Assembly (NCBI GenBank): GCA_964187785.1
Contig: OZ076409.1
Location: 94,552,001-94,616,000 of the forward strand
DNA from: Amphiscolops sp. MND2022
Taxonomy: Eukaryota
Direction: 5' to 3'
Length of the DNA stretch: 64,000 bases
Every line of letters begins with the position of its first letter. The first letter of the stretch is position 1. Position numbers and translations under genes: made by a program. This document shows positions 38,001-50,600 of the stretch, piece after piece. Below the pieces are notes generated by a model. That model ran no database searches. It was not told where the DNA came from and saw only the letters and a program-made list of their open reading frames with translations.

Positions 38001-41000
38001 AAAAATTCCTTGACATGTTCCAATGGGAAGGATCACAGATTGAAGGATACGATAGAAAGCAACTAGAACAAACAATAGTAGATTATAATGACAGAGTCGC
38101 TCGTCATCGACTCAATATTCGTTACACAACAACTGCAATGTAAAACTAACATTAAAAGATGAACGCCCAATATACACTCAAAGCATACCGGTACCAATCA
38201 ACTTGAAGGAGGACCTAACAGTCGAACTAGCGTTAATGCACCGATATGGCAGCATAACGACTCTACTCTTCTCCAAATATGCAAATCCGATTTTTGCGCA
38301 ACGCAAACCAAATGGTAAATTGCGTCTTTTTGACGACCTGCAAAAAATAAACGCGCTTATCTCAGATGATTACACCAACAACAATCACCCAGTCAGCACC
38401 TTGGCGGATGCAGCTAAACATCTAGGTGGGAAAAAGTCTTCTGCAAACTAGTTTGTTCTCAGGCATATCATTGCCTGCAAATGGCGGACCAAAGATCGAT
38501 AGAAATGCTAGCCTTGAACTTTGCAAGCAGGACTTTCGCCTACAAACGCCTTGCACAAGGGTTGAGCACAGCCCTATCAGTATCCTCAATTTTCATGAGA
38601 GAATATTTAGACAAAGTATTTAAAGCAGACCAATGCGCCTAATACGTCGACGACAATGGAATAGCCGCCAACTCAGCGACGCAGCTGATACGCAACATTA
38701 GCGCCGTCTTCGAATGCACCAGGAAAGCAGGATTCAAACAAACCCCTGAAAAATGTCATTTCAGAGTCACTGAGGTTGAATTTTTTAGGAGAACCTTCAC
38801 ACCACAAGGAATAGCTCCCCAAGACCACAAAGTCCAAAAACTTCTGGCAATTGAACGATTCCCAAAATCGAAGAAACATGTACAATGATACATCAGATTC
38901 GTCAAATATTACCGCAACTTCACACGGCGACTGTCAGAAGAACTACTCGGATTTTACGAACTATTGAAAGCAGACAAACAGATCTAAAAAAACGAGAAGA
39001 GTTACTAGACAACTACAAAGCGATCAACCCAGCGCTAGCGGAGGCATGCGCATTGGCTCTCAAACAAAACACCCTCCTGACGGGAGCAGCTTAAAAATTG
39101 AAGAGGACAACGAGAAAAAACTAAACTCAAAAAAAAACTTCGCACCAGTTGCATTTGGATCAAAAGTGTTTTTCCCAGCCCAACTAAAAAATTCAATCTA
39201 TTTTAAGAAATCTTGGCGATATACCACACATGTTTAGAATACAGCCATATATTGTGCGAAACAACCCTACCGACGCTCGTAATGACTGACAACAGATCGG
39301 TGACACGTTTCCTTCAGACAAAAGTGATTCCTCTCACAATATGGAATGCGTGCTATTGTGTACTGCATTTCAACTTTTATATACTGCACCTAGCTGGAAC
39401 GCAAATTACTTCAGCTGACTTTTTGTCAAGAATCGACTTTAACACTAAAGAACGAGTCAAACTCGAAATCGGAGAACATATGACAAAAAGACCGATACAA
39501 GTCAACCTACAATCATCAGATGTTGCAGACGAAGAACAGCTTTTCTTCCAACCAGAGGACACAATCGGGACTGAAGAGGAAAAATTACTTCAAAAAGAAC
39601 AAGCGAGACAAAATGCGCGCGACGAAGAAGCGATCAAAATTAAAATGACTATCAAGAAAACATCCCCAATCCCGACAAACAAGGCGTCATATACCTTTGT
39701 GGCAATAAGGAAGATGCGCGCATCAGAGTCGAACAGGACACGGACATCGTATTCAAAGCAATAAAACGAAAGGTATTATGCGAGGAATATGATAACCACT
39801 TGCTCCAAACGAACTCGAGAGCAAAGTCACGAAGACACACTTATAGTCATGGACGGATTTTTAATGCACAAATACTACAGGGAATGCGGACAAGTCGCAC
39901 ATCATCAAATATTCAACCCCGAACACCTGATAACCAAACTCCTCAAAGCAAAACACGGTCAAATGGGAAAACACTCCAGGCTAACAACAATGATCCAAGT
40001 AGGCAGATCAAACTACTACTGCCCGTGCTTGGCAAAGAGAAACAAACAATGGGTACAGAAGTACGAAGACTGTATCAAATACAAAAGAATTAACAACTGT
40101 CAAATCAGACCAATAATGATCAACACCACAGAACATGTCTTGGGCCAGGAAGACATCTAGAGATAGACATCCTACCGAACCTATCCAACTCTGCAGGTTA
40201 TCAAAATATCGTTACCATGAAATATGTGTTTTCGTGCTATCTTTTCGCCTATCCAACTCAAAATGCAACAGCAAAAAAAAACTGGACGATACATTGTCGT
40301 CGTCATGACTAGACCTGCATACTTGCCAACACTAATCCCATCAGACAAAGGGTCACAATTCAGTTCCAAGATTTCACAGAAATAACCGGAATACTGGTTA
40401 TACAAATCAACCATGCATCCACTAAACACGCACAGACAATTGGAATACTGGAAAAAAACGCCCGCCTCTATCAAAACAGGATTCAAAAAATAAACGGGAG
40501 AAAAATGTTCAATGTGCCACAAGTAGGTCCAGATCGCAGTAAAAATTTACAACATAACTTACCACGAAACCTTAGGCTGCGAACTATCATAATTGTTTTA
40601 TGGACGAATACCCTACAACGTACTCGACCTCAAATTAGGCATTTAACCTAAAGGGAAAACTACGCCTCATTCAGATGTAGCAGATCAACTACAAAATTAA
40701 ATTGACGAAGTACATGCGACAGCAAAAGACATAATCATGCTGACCTCGCTCAAAAACAAAAATACTACGATCAAAAAACCTCAGCAGCTCCGCTCAAGAT
40801 AAATGACTACTGCTATATTCTCAACCCGAAAGCTGACAACCAGTAGACAAAATTCGCCTTTCAAGACTGCATCTTTACGGGACCGTAATAGTGATAAAAG
40901 TACGGTCCAAAAATAATTATACGATCCGGAAAATCGGGACAAGATATACGCAAATCTTACATAGAATAAGAATACGCCCATATGTGCCAGAACAACGCAT

Positions 41001-41400
41001 TCCTGACGTCACAATACCACCGAATGAGTATCTCCCAGATCCGATCGTCAAAGTGTCGCACAACGAATGGTATGCAGTCTCTTGGGAAAAGAACTTTGGC
41101 ACAAAAACTGACGAACATACAACGTCAGAAATTACCAACAACATTGGACAGACGACAAAACTAGAAATTGCACATACAAACGATGCAAACGGATACGACG
41201 CAAGAAGCAACGGGAAAACAAATTGAACGCACGGATAACGCAGCACCGTCATCGCATGATTTTTCGAATCTTACAACAGAGATAACCCATATAAACGACG
41301 CCCCCCACACATTGAAACTCCACCCATACCCCCAAAATCACCGCCTACAGTAGTCGCATATAATTCCCGCAAAGTAGCAAATTACAATTTTTCTGGACGA
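35030..41400 (+). mobile_element. Degenerate Ty3/Gypsy LTR retrotransposon (gag-PR-RT-RNaseH-IN)
   Basis: Gag knuckle CFYCNKVGHFKGEC (~35271) plus a second broken knuckle. Protease LVDSGA (~37118). RT PIFAQRKPNGKLRL and QYVDD (~38640). RNase H TDNRSVTRF...ADFLSR. Integrase zinc-finger relic and SDKGSQF (~40340). Gypsy domain order with many stops and frameshifts. Possible 5' LTR remnant from ~34663. Confidence 0.95.
36135..37089. mobile_element. CACTA/CMC-like MITE (955 bp) inserted just upstream of the Gypsy protease motif
   Basis: Perfect 17-bp TIR CATTACGACGCCAAAGT and 2-bp TSD CG. Internal tcaagaatcgagaaaa motifs in both orientations. Excision restores LYLPLEFGEITMDGLVDSGA. Confidence 0.9.
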
Positions 41401-43879
41401 AGAACACAATCACTGTTTTCTTGTGCCAACATACTACAAAATAAATCAATACTACGCATCAAGAGACAGCAACAAACTAACTACAACTTTTCCGCCCAAG
41501 TAGAGACGCCAAGCTGGAAAGAATGAGTCCGCTTCATTATGATGTTCTTATCCTAAAGCATCAAAAGGTCATTCCTCTATGCCATTTTACAACGGAACCC
41601 GCATGGGACTCTCTATCATTCTGTTTTCTTCTAAAAACATCATAATTTCGTTTGTCATGCTGTTTTGTATTGAAAACCGAAAAAGCATTATACCTTGCTG
41701 TTGCTTCTTGGAAACCTCGCATTCCTAGGAACCGCATAAAACCATTCCGTTGTACTGAACTCCTCTTAATGTAGTGTTATGATGTCTTGCAGCATACTCC
41801 ATTTAGTTATACGCTACATTCACTCATCATAGTGTGACCGAGAGGTTTTTTCTTTATTCCCTTATAATACTCTCTGCATCATGCTGTTCCCATTGATAGT
41901 CCGCATCGTCCGCATAAATTTTGCTGTATCTTGCAAACCTTCCTATGCTGGGTCCAAAAAGCAGCAAAAAACATCATGATTTCCGTTCTGTCTAAGATCT
42001 ACTGACTGTGTTGTGACGTTGTTATAGTTTGATTATTGTGTTTCAGGCTATTGTCACTCTTCGATTCAGTCCTGCTGGATTGGCAGTAACCCGCGAACAA
42101 TTGTACAAGAATTGGACTCGAGTTACCTCGCATCTTCGTCTTGCTGATCGTCTCAAGGCTTTCAAGTACCACATGAAAGAGGTGATTTCAGCATACTTAT
42201 GACACTTATGCTGTATTTACTCATATAATTCTGTTTTTTTAAAAAAAAATGTATCGCTATTTCAGCCACGAAGTCTTGACGAGAATTTTTATAAGGACAA
42301 AACCTATCCGGCCAAGTTGTTTCTGATAAGGAATGTGTTGTTGCCTTGTAAGTCCTTTTCTCCATGTTTTGTGTCATTTACGCCTTTTTCTCCAATTGAT
42401 TTCTCTAATTTTAGTTGAGTCGGCCTTCAAAGAGGCTGCTCCGATCAATTTTTGCCTGTACAATTCCTTTGCAGTTTTTGTGTACAGCCAATTACAGTGC
42501 ATTCTGCCAGACTCATACCTTAGCAAAATCTCGGACAGGGTTAGATGTCTCTCCATTGATCTTTCTTCGCCTGACTTGCCCCTGAAAAGACCCACTGAGT
42601 TCTTGCGGAACGAAGATATTGTTGCCTGGCTGCAGAAGGTGAAATTCCTACACCCACGCATTTCGTGGAGCAGGCAATCTGCTTCCAAAAGAACCTTTGC
42701 ATTATACTCCTCAAGCATATGGTTCGGAAGTCAAAATTGATTCGCGAGTTATCGATCTTTGTCGAAGGAGTTATCCGCCTGAGAAGAAAACAACTATTGC
42801 CATGACGCCGAACTGCTGTGTGATTACTTGATTCAGCAGCCATGGATCCCCGCTAACTCAAAATTTTTGGTTTTGAGTGAGTATCGTTCCTTTGTGGAAA
42901 AATTCAGGTCTTGATGCCCTGTTTATGATGGTGCTTGGGTAGATTTCCTATCCGGATACAACGAATTACATAGCCGTGATAATTTATTCGCTGTCTTCAA
43001 ACTGTGTTGCTTAAGATTGGCCGTTGTTTCGAACATCCCTCCGGCTTTCAGTTTATCCTCTCTCGAATTATCTTCTGATTATGACGAGTTTCATTCTTGC
43101 GTTCGCAGTAAACAATCGGCTTTGGTTGGAGTACCGAACATGTCTGGGCTATTCAATAACCCTAGGACCATGGCTCCCATTTTTGCCTTGTTGGGTAAAA
43201 GTCGATTTCTACTGGAGGACGAAGACTTTTCGCTATGGGACGTTACTTCTTCCTGTTCCTCACGAAGTCCGATATTCCTCATTCGGGTTGAAGCCCGATA
43301 CATTTGCACTGTCACTGATGAAGAGAGATTGTGGACTTCCATTGAGTCTAATCCGAAGACTCCTAGCCCATCTCAGGCAGAGACAAAGACTGCTTCTTCT
43401 TCAAAGCCGAAGTTTGGTTTGTGGCTCCAAGTTTTTCCGAATCGGTTCCAAAGCTGAGGATCGGTCTGCTAAGACAAGAGCTGAGTTTCCTTCTTTGGCT
43501 ACTGCAACGTTGTCTGTTCCCCGATTCCCTACTGCAGTTCCGTTCCCGCCAACGGGGAAGGCTACGGGTTCTAAGAAGCTCGTCGTTAAAACGAAGGGTA
43601 CTAGTGATAAGTAGATGCGCACCCAACACTCGAATTGACAATCTGTACTTTACTTTGTTGTAGTATTTATCTCCATTTACTCGTTCCAAATTCACTTTGT
43701 TTGATGCTTGATGTATTTATTGTCGTATTCTTAACGTTCCAGGTTGATTACACCTGAGTTCGTATGTTCTAGTCTACTTGTTTGTATTAAAGTGGCTTTA
43801 GCTTTTGTCGAAAGACCGGAAAACAATGATTAAACTGTTAAGAGAAGCAAAGAGACAAGAGAAAGTCGTATTTAGTTGC

Positions 43880-46560
43880 AGTCTTTTGGGAAGAATAACT
43901 TGGGACTTTTCTGGGTTTCTTGAAATTTCTGGTAATGGCTCATGACTTTCTTTCCTGAAGGGATTTTTCCAATTATTTGGGGTTCTTCGTCATTCGCAGC
44001 AGGTTGTTCTTCTGGGATCCCCCCACTGTCTTATAAATTATCGTGGGAAGGTGGGCGGTATATTTCAGATTGATGAGTAGGTTCATATTCAACTGTGTCC
44101 TCTTGTTCGTCACAACTTTTTAGGTCTGCATCAATTGGACTACGTCCACAATTCGTGTCCCAAGTGTGGACATACAGGTTATCTTGCGCGATAAGTGTAT
44201 CTTCCTTTTGCCATTCTGTTTCTCTGACGAAATTGTCTGCAAGAGGAGCCTGTGGTATTTTTTTGTAATCTAATACGGTGAATATATTGAGTTTTGTTTG
44301 TGCCGAGTCTACAAAATAGTTATTATTTGGTAAGACGTTTTCGACTTTGTACGGGCTAACCTATCGAAATTCACGAAAGGGTTTTTTTGTTTTTTGAATG
44401 TCCGCTTTCGGGTTCAAGATAAAGCAGTAATACTCTGTTGTTAGAGGCCCCACTTTTGCTTTCCTATCGTAATAGGCTTTATATTTGAGATAAGATTGCA
44501 TTATGTTTTTCTTCGTTTGATCGTGAAGTAATGCAAATCGTCTATGAACTTCTTCTGCTACCTCAGTTTGGGGTTGGTATCGGGGATTTGGGTTGTACCC
44601 AAGTTAAAATCCAAGATATTATGTGGGATTCTTCCATGGAAGACTCGAGTTGGCTCACATCCGAGTGTTGCATGGTATGTCGTATTATGAGTTTAAAATG
44701 CCATAGGTAAAAACTTATGCCAGTCATTTGGGAATTCACCTGTGGCGGCTTTAAGAAGAGTTTTAACTGATGCGTGCGTACATTCTAACAGTCCTATTGG
44801 TTGAGCGTGTTTTATCGTGGCATGTTTGAAATCTATGTTGTGGATTGCTGGTACTTCTTTTGTAACCTGTGAGTTGAATTGGGTCCCCATATCAGTGATG
44901 AATGCCGTGGACAGATATGTGTGTTTACACAGAATGTCCATGATTGTCCTTGCTACTGCTGGGGCAGTGATTCTTGTGACTGGGTATGCAAACAAATAGC
45001 ATGAGAACACGTCTATTGCTGTAATGATGTTGTCATATCCTCCACTTGGGGGAGGTTCGGCAGACTATCCATCTGTAATATATCCTCAGGACTTAGGTCC
45101 CATTCAGGAGAATTGAGTAGTTCAGTTTTAAGGAGGTCAATTTTAACGCGTTTATTCTGGTTACACATTTGACATTTCGTGACCCAAGTTCCAATGTAGT
45201 TGGCAATGCATGGGTAATAGTATTTTTGTCTTGCTTCTTGGATCATCTTGGTAATTCATGGGTGGTTTGCATTATGCCCATGGAGAGCATGTAAGAATTC
45301 GTCTAAGAGTTGTTTGGGTAAAAGAATTCGATAATGAGAAATCATACCCTTATCGTCGTTTTTGTTGATTTTGAGCTCAGAGGATGCTGCCAGTCTTCTC
45401 CCGAGTTTTGTTTTTGTGGCGTTTTTGTTTGAAGGCGTGGCTTTGTTAGTTAGGATCCTTCAATGTGGAAAGATTTGGCTTCCGTGGAATAACAGGTTTA
45501 TTGGAATTTTTGTACTCTTCAATGAGTTTTTATTGGGTTTCAGTAAGGGTTCACTTGGATGGACAATTTTCCATGTTTGCTCCAAAGTAACAATTCGGTT
45601 CTTCATGACCTTGGGAGTTACAGTGGGAGCATCTTGGTGAGTCTGGATCTTTGTCCATTTTCTGTCGTTTTGCAAGTTTAGGACACTCTTTTAGTATGTG
45701 ACCTTCTTCCTTGCAGTATCGACATTGGTTATTTTGGAGTGTGTTATCAGGGACGGTGTTTGGAGTTTTGGTGTTTGCTCTAGTGGTTGGTGATGGTGTT
45801 TTAGCGTTTTGTGATCTAGATTGTTGTTTGACAAGAGTCATTTGCGTTTTCACAAGGGGCTCATCTGCTTCAAGTCCATTGAGCCCCATTTCTCGTTCTA
45901 AATGTCGTACAATTTGTTCATAAGTACCATTTTTGAGGTACGCCTGATTGATTGATTTTTTGAGATGGAGAGGCCACATAACACATCAAAATATGTGAGC
46001 ACTAGTGTGAGTGATCATTATGCTGTTTTCGTTTAAGGTCATCATGCTGGTTTTGTAGAATTTCCGCATACTATAACGTGGAGGGTTTGCATGACCACAC
46101 GTGTTGATGATATGCTGTTTTTCTATTGAAACCGAAAATGCTGTTTTATGCAAACCGCATAATGCAGTATTAATTGTAAGCACAATGTGTGTGGCTTTGT
46201 TATGCTTCATCCTGAGAGTATAATTATACTGTGTTTAAGTTTCTTCTATTACTACAGGCGAAATACAAATGCATCAAATATGTCTTTACATCGCTAATTT
46301 GTGAAATAAAACAAGGATTGGGTTCATTTCAGGCAACGGTTGGGTTGCTCTTTTGTTGTTTTTAACTGAATCACGCTCTTTTCTCTTTTTCAGGGTTAAT
46401 CATCGACAAGATAGGCAACAAAGTTACACAAAGAAGAACAACAATATTTACAAACGCTATCAAAATACAATATTCACGTGAGCATCTTTTTAAATTGCGC
46501 ATAAGAGTTTTTGAGTTTTTGAAAAAACTTGAAAGTTCATCATCTTTGGAATATGAGGAT
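43880..46560 (-). mobile_element. Internally deleted Ty3/Gypsy element (LTR-like fragment, gag, integrase)
   Basis: Gag CRYCKEEGHILKEC and CSHCNSQGHEEPNC (45551-45979). Integrase IQEARQKYYYP..CQMC and ITDMGTQF...IGLLE. PR, RT and RNase H are missing at a junction near 45360. Segment 46150-46480 matches 60520-60870 in inverse orientation. Confidence 0.9.
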
Positions 46561-47624
46561 TAGCTTTTGTGTACTTCTGGGTTTAGGTACTCCATGATTA
46601 GGTGCAGGAAGTTGATCTGCTTACCTGTGCTGCTCCCCGGACATCTCGCAAGGGTAGCTTGCCGACAAGCTCATAATAAACTTGCAGATGAACGAGGGGG
46701 AGGGACCATAGTAAAGTGTGCGGGATTTTTGTTTAAAAAATATGTAAGTTGCAGCGATTTTTTTTCATTGCGCAGTGAAATGCTGCCAGGATTTTCCATG
46801 CTGCAGTGTAATTTTACATGTTTTTTCCCCGTTCCTAGTCTGAATTTTCGATGTTTTTTTAAATTTTACCCTGCGTGCATGCCTGCAACATGTTAAAAGT
46901 CACGGCAGTTTCGACTAGGGTAGCACTGAAACAGCTACGCTATCACGCTATCTTTGATACTAAAGTTGCATTTTGACGCTGACTACACATCACTTCTTTC
47001 TCGGAGAACAACGACGGTTTAATGGATTTGTTTTTTTGTCGATGAATACAGATATAACTAAAATGTACTTTGCGGCTCCTGAAAAACGCCAGAAAAGCTC
47101 CTCAGAACTGCCCTCGTAAGTTATAACTTTTCTGATATTACTTATATTACCCTAGTTGAAAAATACCGTATCTTGCAAGAAACCTGCCAGAAAAATGCAT
47201 TGTCTTGCAAGATTGTAATATTACTTTTGTAATTTTATATTCAACGAAATCAATTTACTGTAAAACTAGTACTTCAAAGGTATGAGGCTGAAGCATGCTA
47301 CGAGGACTTTTTGGATCATGCTGAGGTTAAAGGTTAAATTGATTTCGTTGAATATAAAAATAAGACAACCGCATGGCAATTTTTTCGAATAAATCGTGGG
47401 TACTTGAAATTTTGGTGCCGGTGACTTGCAAGTTTCACTTAACTCCGAGTTTTGTCAGTTTCCTTGATTTGTTTTCGTTTTTTAGTGAACCGATCAAAAA
47501 GAACTGGACAAAAAAATAGTCACTGCAAGAGCCGTGCTTTTTCTCTGGAAACGTCGACTGTATATTAGTTATAGTTACATTAGATTACAAAAGTTTCGAG
47601 ATTTTGGGAAGTTTATGTAGGAAG

Positions 47625-50600
47625 TTTTCTACTGACCACTACGGCCTTATCTCGTCAAAATTAGGAGTCAACAAACTTCAATCAGTGTAAACAGTAGAAG
47701 ACTTCCGAATTTTGCGATCGAATCAACCTACTTTCGAGATAAGGTATGGCGATTAAAGATAATCGAAAAACTCGGAAGGGTTCTTTCGTTTGTAAATGTC
47801 TAATACAAATGTCTGTCTACTAAAGGTTTGCTCTTACCAAAAGCCATTCTCTTCAAAACGACGGCCTCTGGTTAACAGTAAATTTACATTCTCAGAGACT
47901 AGTTTGATTCACAAATTGAAGAAGCTTTCCAGAATATTTGATTTTCAGAAATTATCATTTTCCTACATTTTCTAGAAATTACATTAATTTCAGTTTTGCC
48001 TAAATTCAGTTGAGATTTGGCTCAAATGCCACAAACGCTCTTTTCAGCATATCTTTAGATTGGAACAGGTTTGAAATAAATAGGCTGTAGGAGTAAAGTT
48101 TTAAAACAAAAAGGTTAATTGAAAATGAAAAAAACTTTAAACTCCCTTTTAAAAGCCAATCGGAAAAATGATAGAACTCCCAACAATTTTTTTGCAGATA
48201 CTTCTTTGTTATGTTTTGATGAACCACGAACTTTCTGTAAACGCATCTCAGAGAAAAATATGTCCCATTGATACTTTTACCGAAGTGATGTTGTCTGGGA
48301 ACAGTACCAAATGTTAAGTTTGTATTTGAGTTCCTCAAAATTGGTCAATCAAAACGAGAGACAACAATGTAAAGACCTAGATTTATTCAGAAACATATAA
48401 AATTCAGTAAGACGCCCGCTATTTTCCGCCTTCAATTGGCTAACAATGGACTCGAAAATTTACCTCCTCAGTAGTAAAAGACAATTAACTTCGGATATGA
48501 TGTCAAAAGTTCGGATATAGCATAGCGTACTGGGATAAATGGGAGCGCTTATTTTTGAACTTCTGCCCCGCCTTAGTAAAACTCAATAGTAAACAAAATG
48601 AAGTAAAAAGTTCAAATTTTGCAGAATTTGGAAAAAAAACGCAATACATATTATAAGTTTCCTCCCCCTACACAATAAATTTTGGAGGCGGAAAATATGA
48701 TTCTTGCAATAGTTTCCCAACTGAAATAACTTCAACGTTGGCCTCAAAAAATTCTCTCAGCTGTTTTGGAAGCGAGGTCTGCAAACGCCAAATCATGAAA
48801 TCCAGTTATGAGTCATGTCGAGAAAACCCCATAGTGTTTCCGATTATGATAACTACCATGGTGATTGGATTCTGCCGTCTCATTCTGAACTTTCTCTCGT
48901 TTCTGATTTGGAAACAGAGTCCAAAGAAAACGAGCACTCACTACTACTTGATGGGTTAGTCTAAAAGGTTTTTTGAGTCTTCCCTGGTTGAAACTGCTTA
49001 AACGTTTTGCATGTATTTTAATGTTACCAGCAAATTTTAATATGATTTTGTAAAAATCTTAGGAAAATTTTCATGCAAAAATACAAATGTATTTCTCTGT
49101 TGTTTTTAACTTTCATAAAGCTGCTTGAAAGACGCATCAAAGTTTTGGCGGTGATTTTAAGCCTTGAAGTTTTGCAGGTTTCATTAAGCAGCAGCTATAA
49201 GTTCGAAAGCAATTAAATCGCTATCAATTTTACCGCTAATTTAATGCAAAATAACTTCAGTCGCGTAATAAACTGCAGATTAGCGCAATGTTCAGCGTGC
49301 TATTTGAGAGACGGTGATCACATCTGAGTAGTTGAAAAAAACAAAGTGTGAATACAAACTAATCGTGTCGGTAATGTAGTGGAATTTATTTTCAAATTTA
49401 ATTGCAGGAGTGGAAAAAGCAGTGTAATTGTACATGATTTATCACCCGAAGTTCGCTAAATTTTCTAGGTTTAATAAAAAATTACCCTGCATGCAGGCCT
49501 ACAGCATGTAAAAAGTTCGTGCAGTTTCAACTAGGGTTATTTTACCTCATTAGTAGCCACCCAAGAAACACAAAAAAATGAAGTTGGGGAGAAATTCTTT
49601 GGATCCCGCAGACAAATCTCAGCTCAGTTCTGTTTTTAGTCGGCGCATTTTAGTAGAAAATGTGCCCGACTCTTACAGTGGGTAGTTTTTTTAGACACGA
49701 AAGGTCCACTTTTTTGCTCAGTTCATTTGTTCAACAACTTGGGGGAGGTTCAAAACGCGGAGGTTCAAAACACTCGAAATCTCAGAACCTTGTGCTAAAC
49801 AAAACAAAAGAAACAAACGGACGTCCTGGAAAACATAATAAGGGTCCAAAGTTAGACATTTCCAAATTTTTCGGCACTATGAGACATTTTTCGAATTTTT
49901 TTGTTACAACAAATGCTCCCACTTCAATTTTTCACATTACCTCCACTTCCAATTTTTTTCAGGTACGTTTTATGTTTTTCTGCCCGAAGACTGTCAGGTA
50001 AAAATCGGTTGAGTTTCCACAGTTATTTTTTCTATCCACACGAACTGATCAAAACAGTTCTTAAAAGTTCCACAAAGTATTATTGCACCAAATTGCACCA
50101 TTTGGCCTAGCGAACTGAACCAAAACGGTTTTTCCTGTTTTTCTACTGACCACTACGGCCTTATCTCGTCAAAATTAGGAGTCAACAAACTTCAATCAGT
50201 GTAAACAGTAGAAGACTTCCGAATTTTGCGATCGAATCAACTTACTTTCGAGATAAGGTATGGCGATTAAAGATAATCGAAAAACTCGGAAGGGTTCTTT
50301 CGTTTGTAAATGTCTAATACAAATGTCTGTCTACTAAAGGTTTGCTCTTACCAAAAGCCATTCTCTTCAAAACGATGGCCTCTGGTTAACAGTAAATTTA
50401 CATTCTCAGAGACTAGTTTGATTCACAAATTGAAGAAGCTTTCCAGAATATTTGATTTTCAGAAATTATCATTTTCCTACATTTTCTAGAAATTACATTA
50501 ATTTCAGTTTTGCCTAAATTCAGTTGAGATTTGGCTCAAATGCCACAAACGCTCTTTTCAGCATATCTTTAGATTGGAACAGGTTTGAAATAAATAGGCT

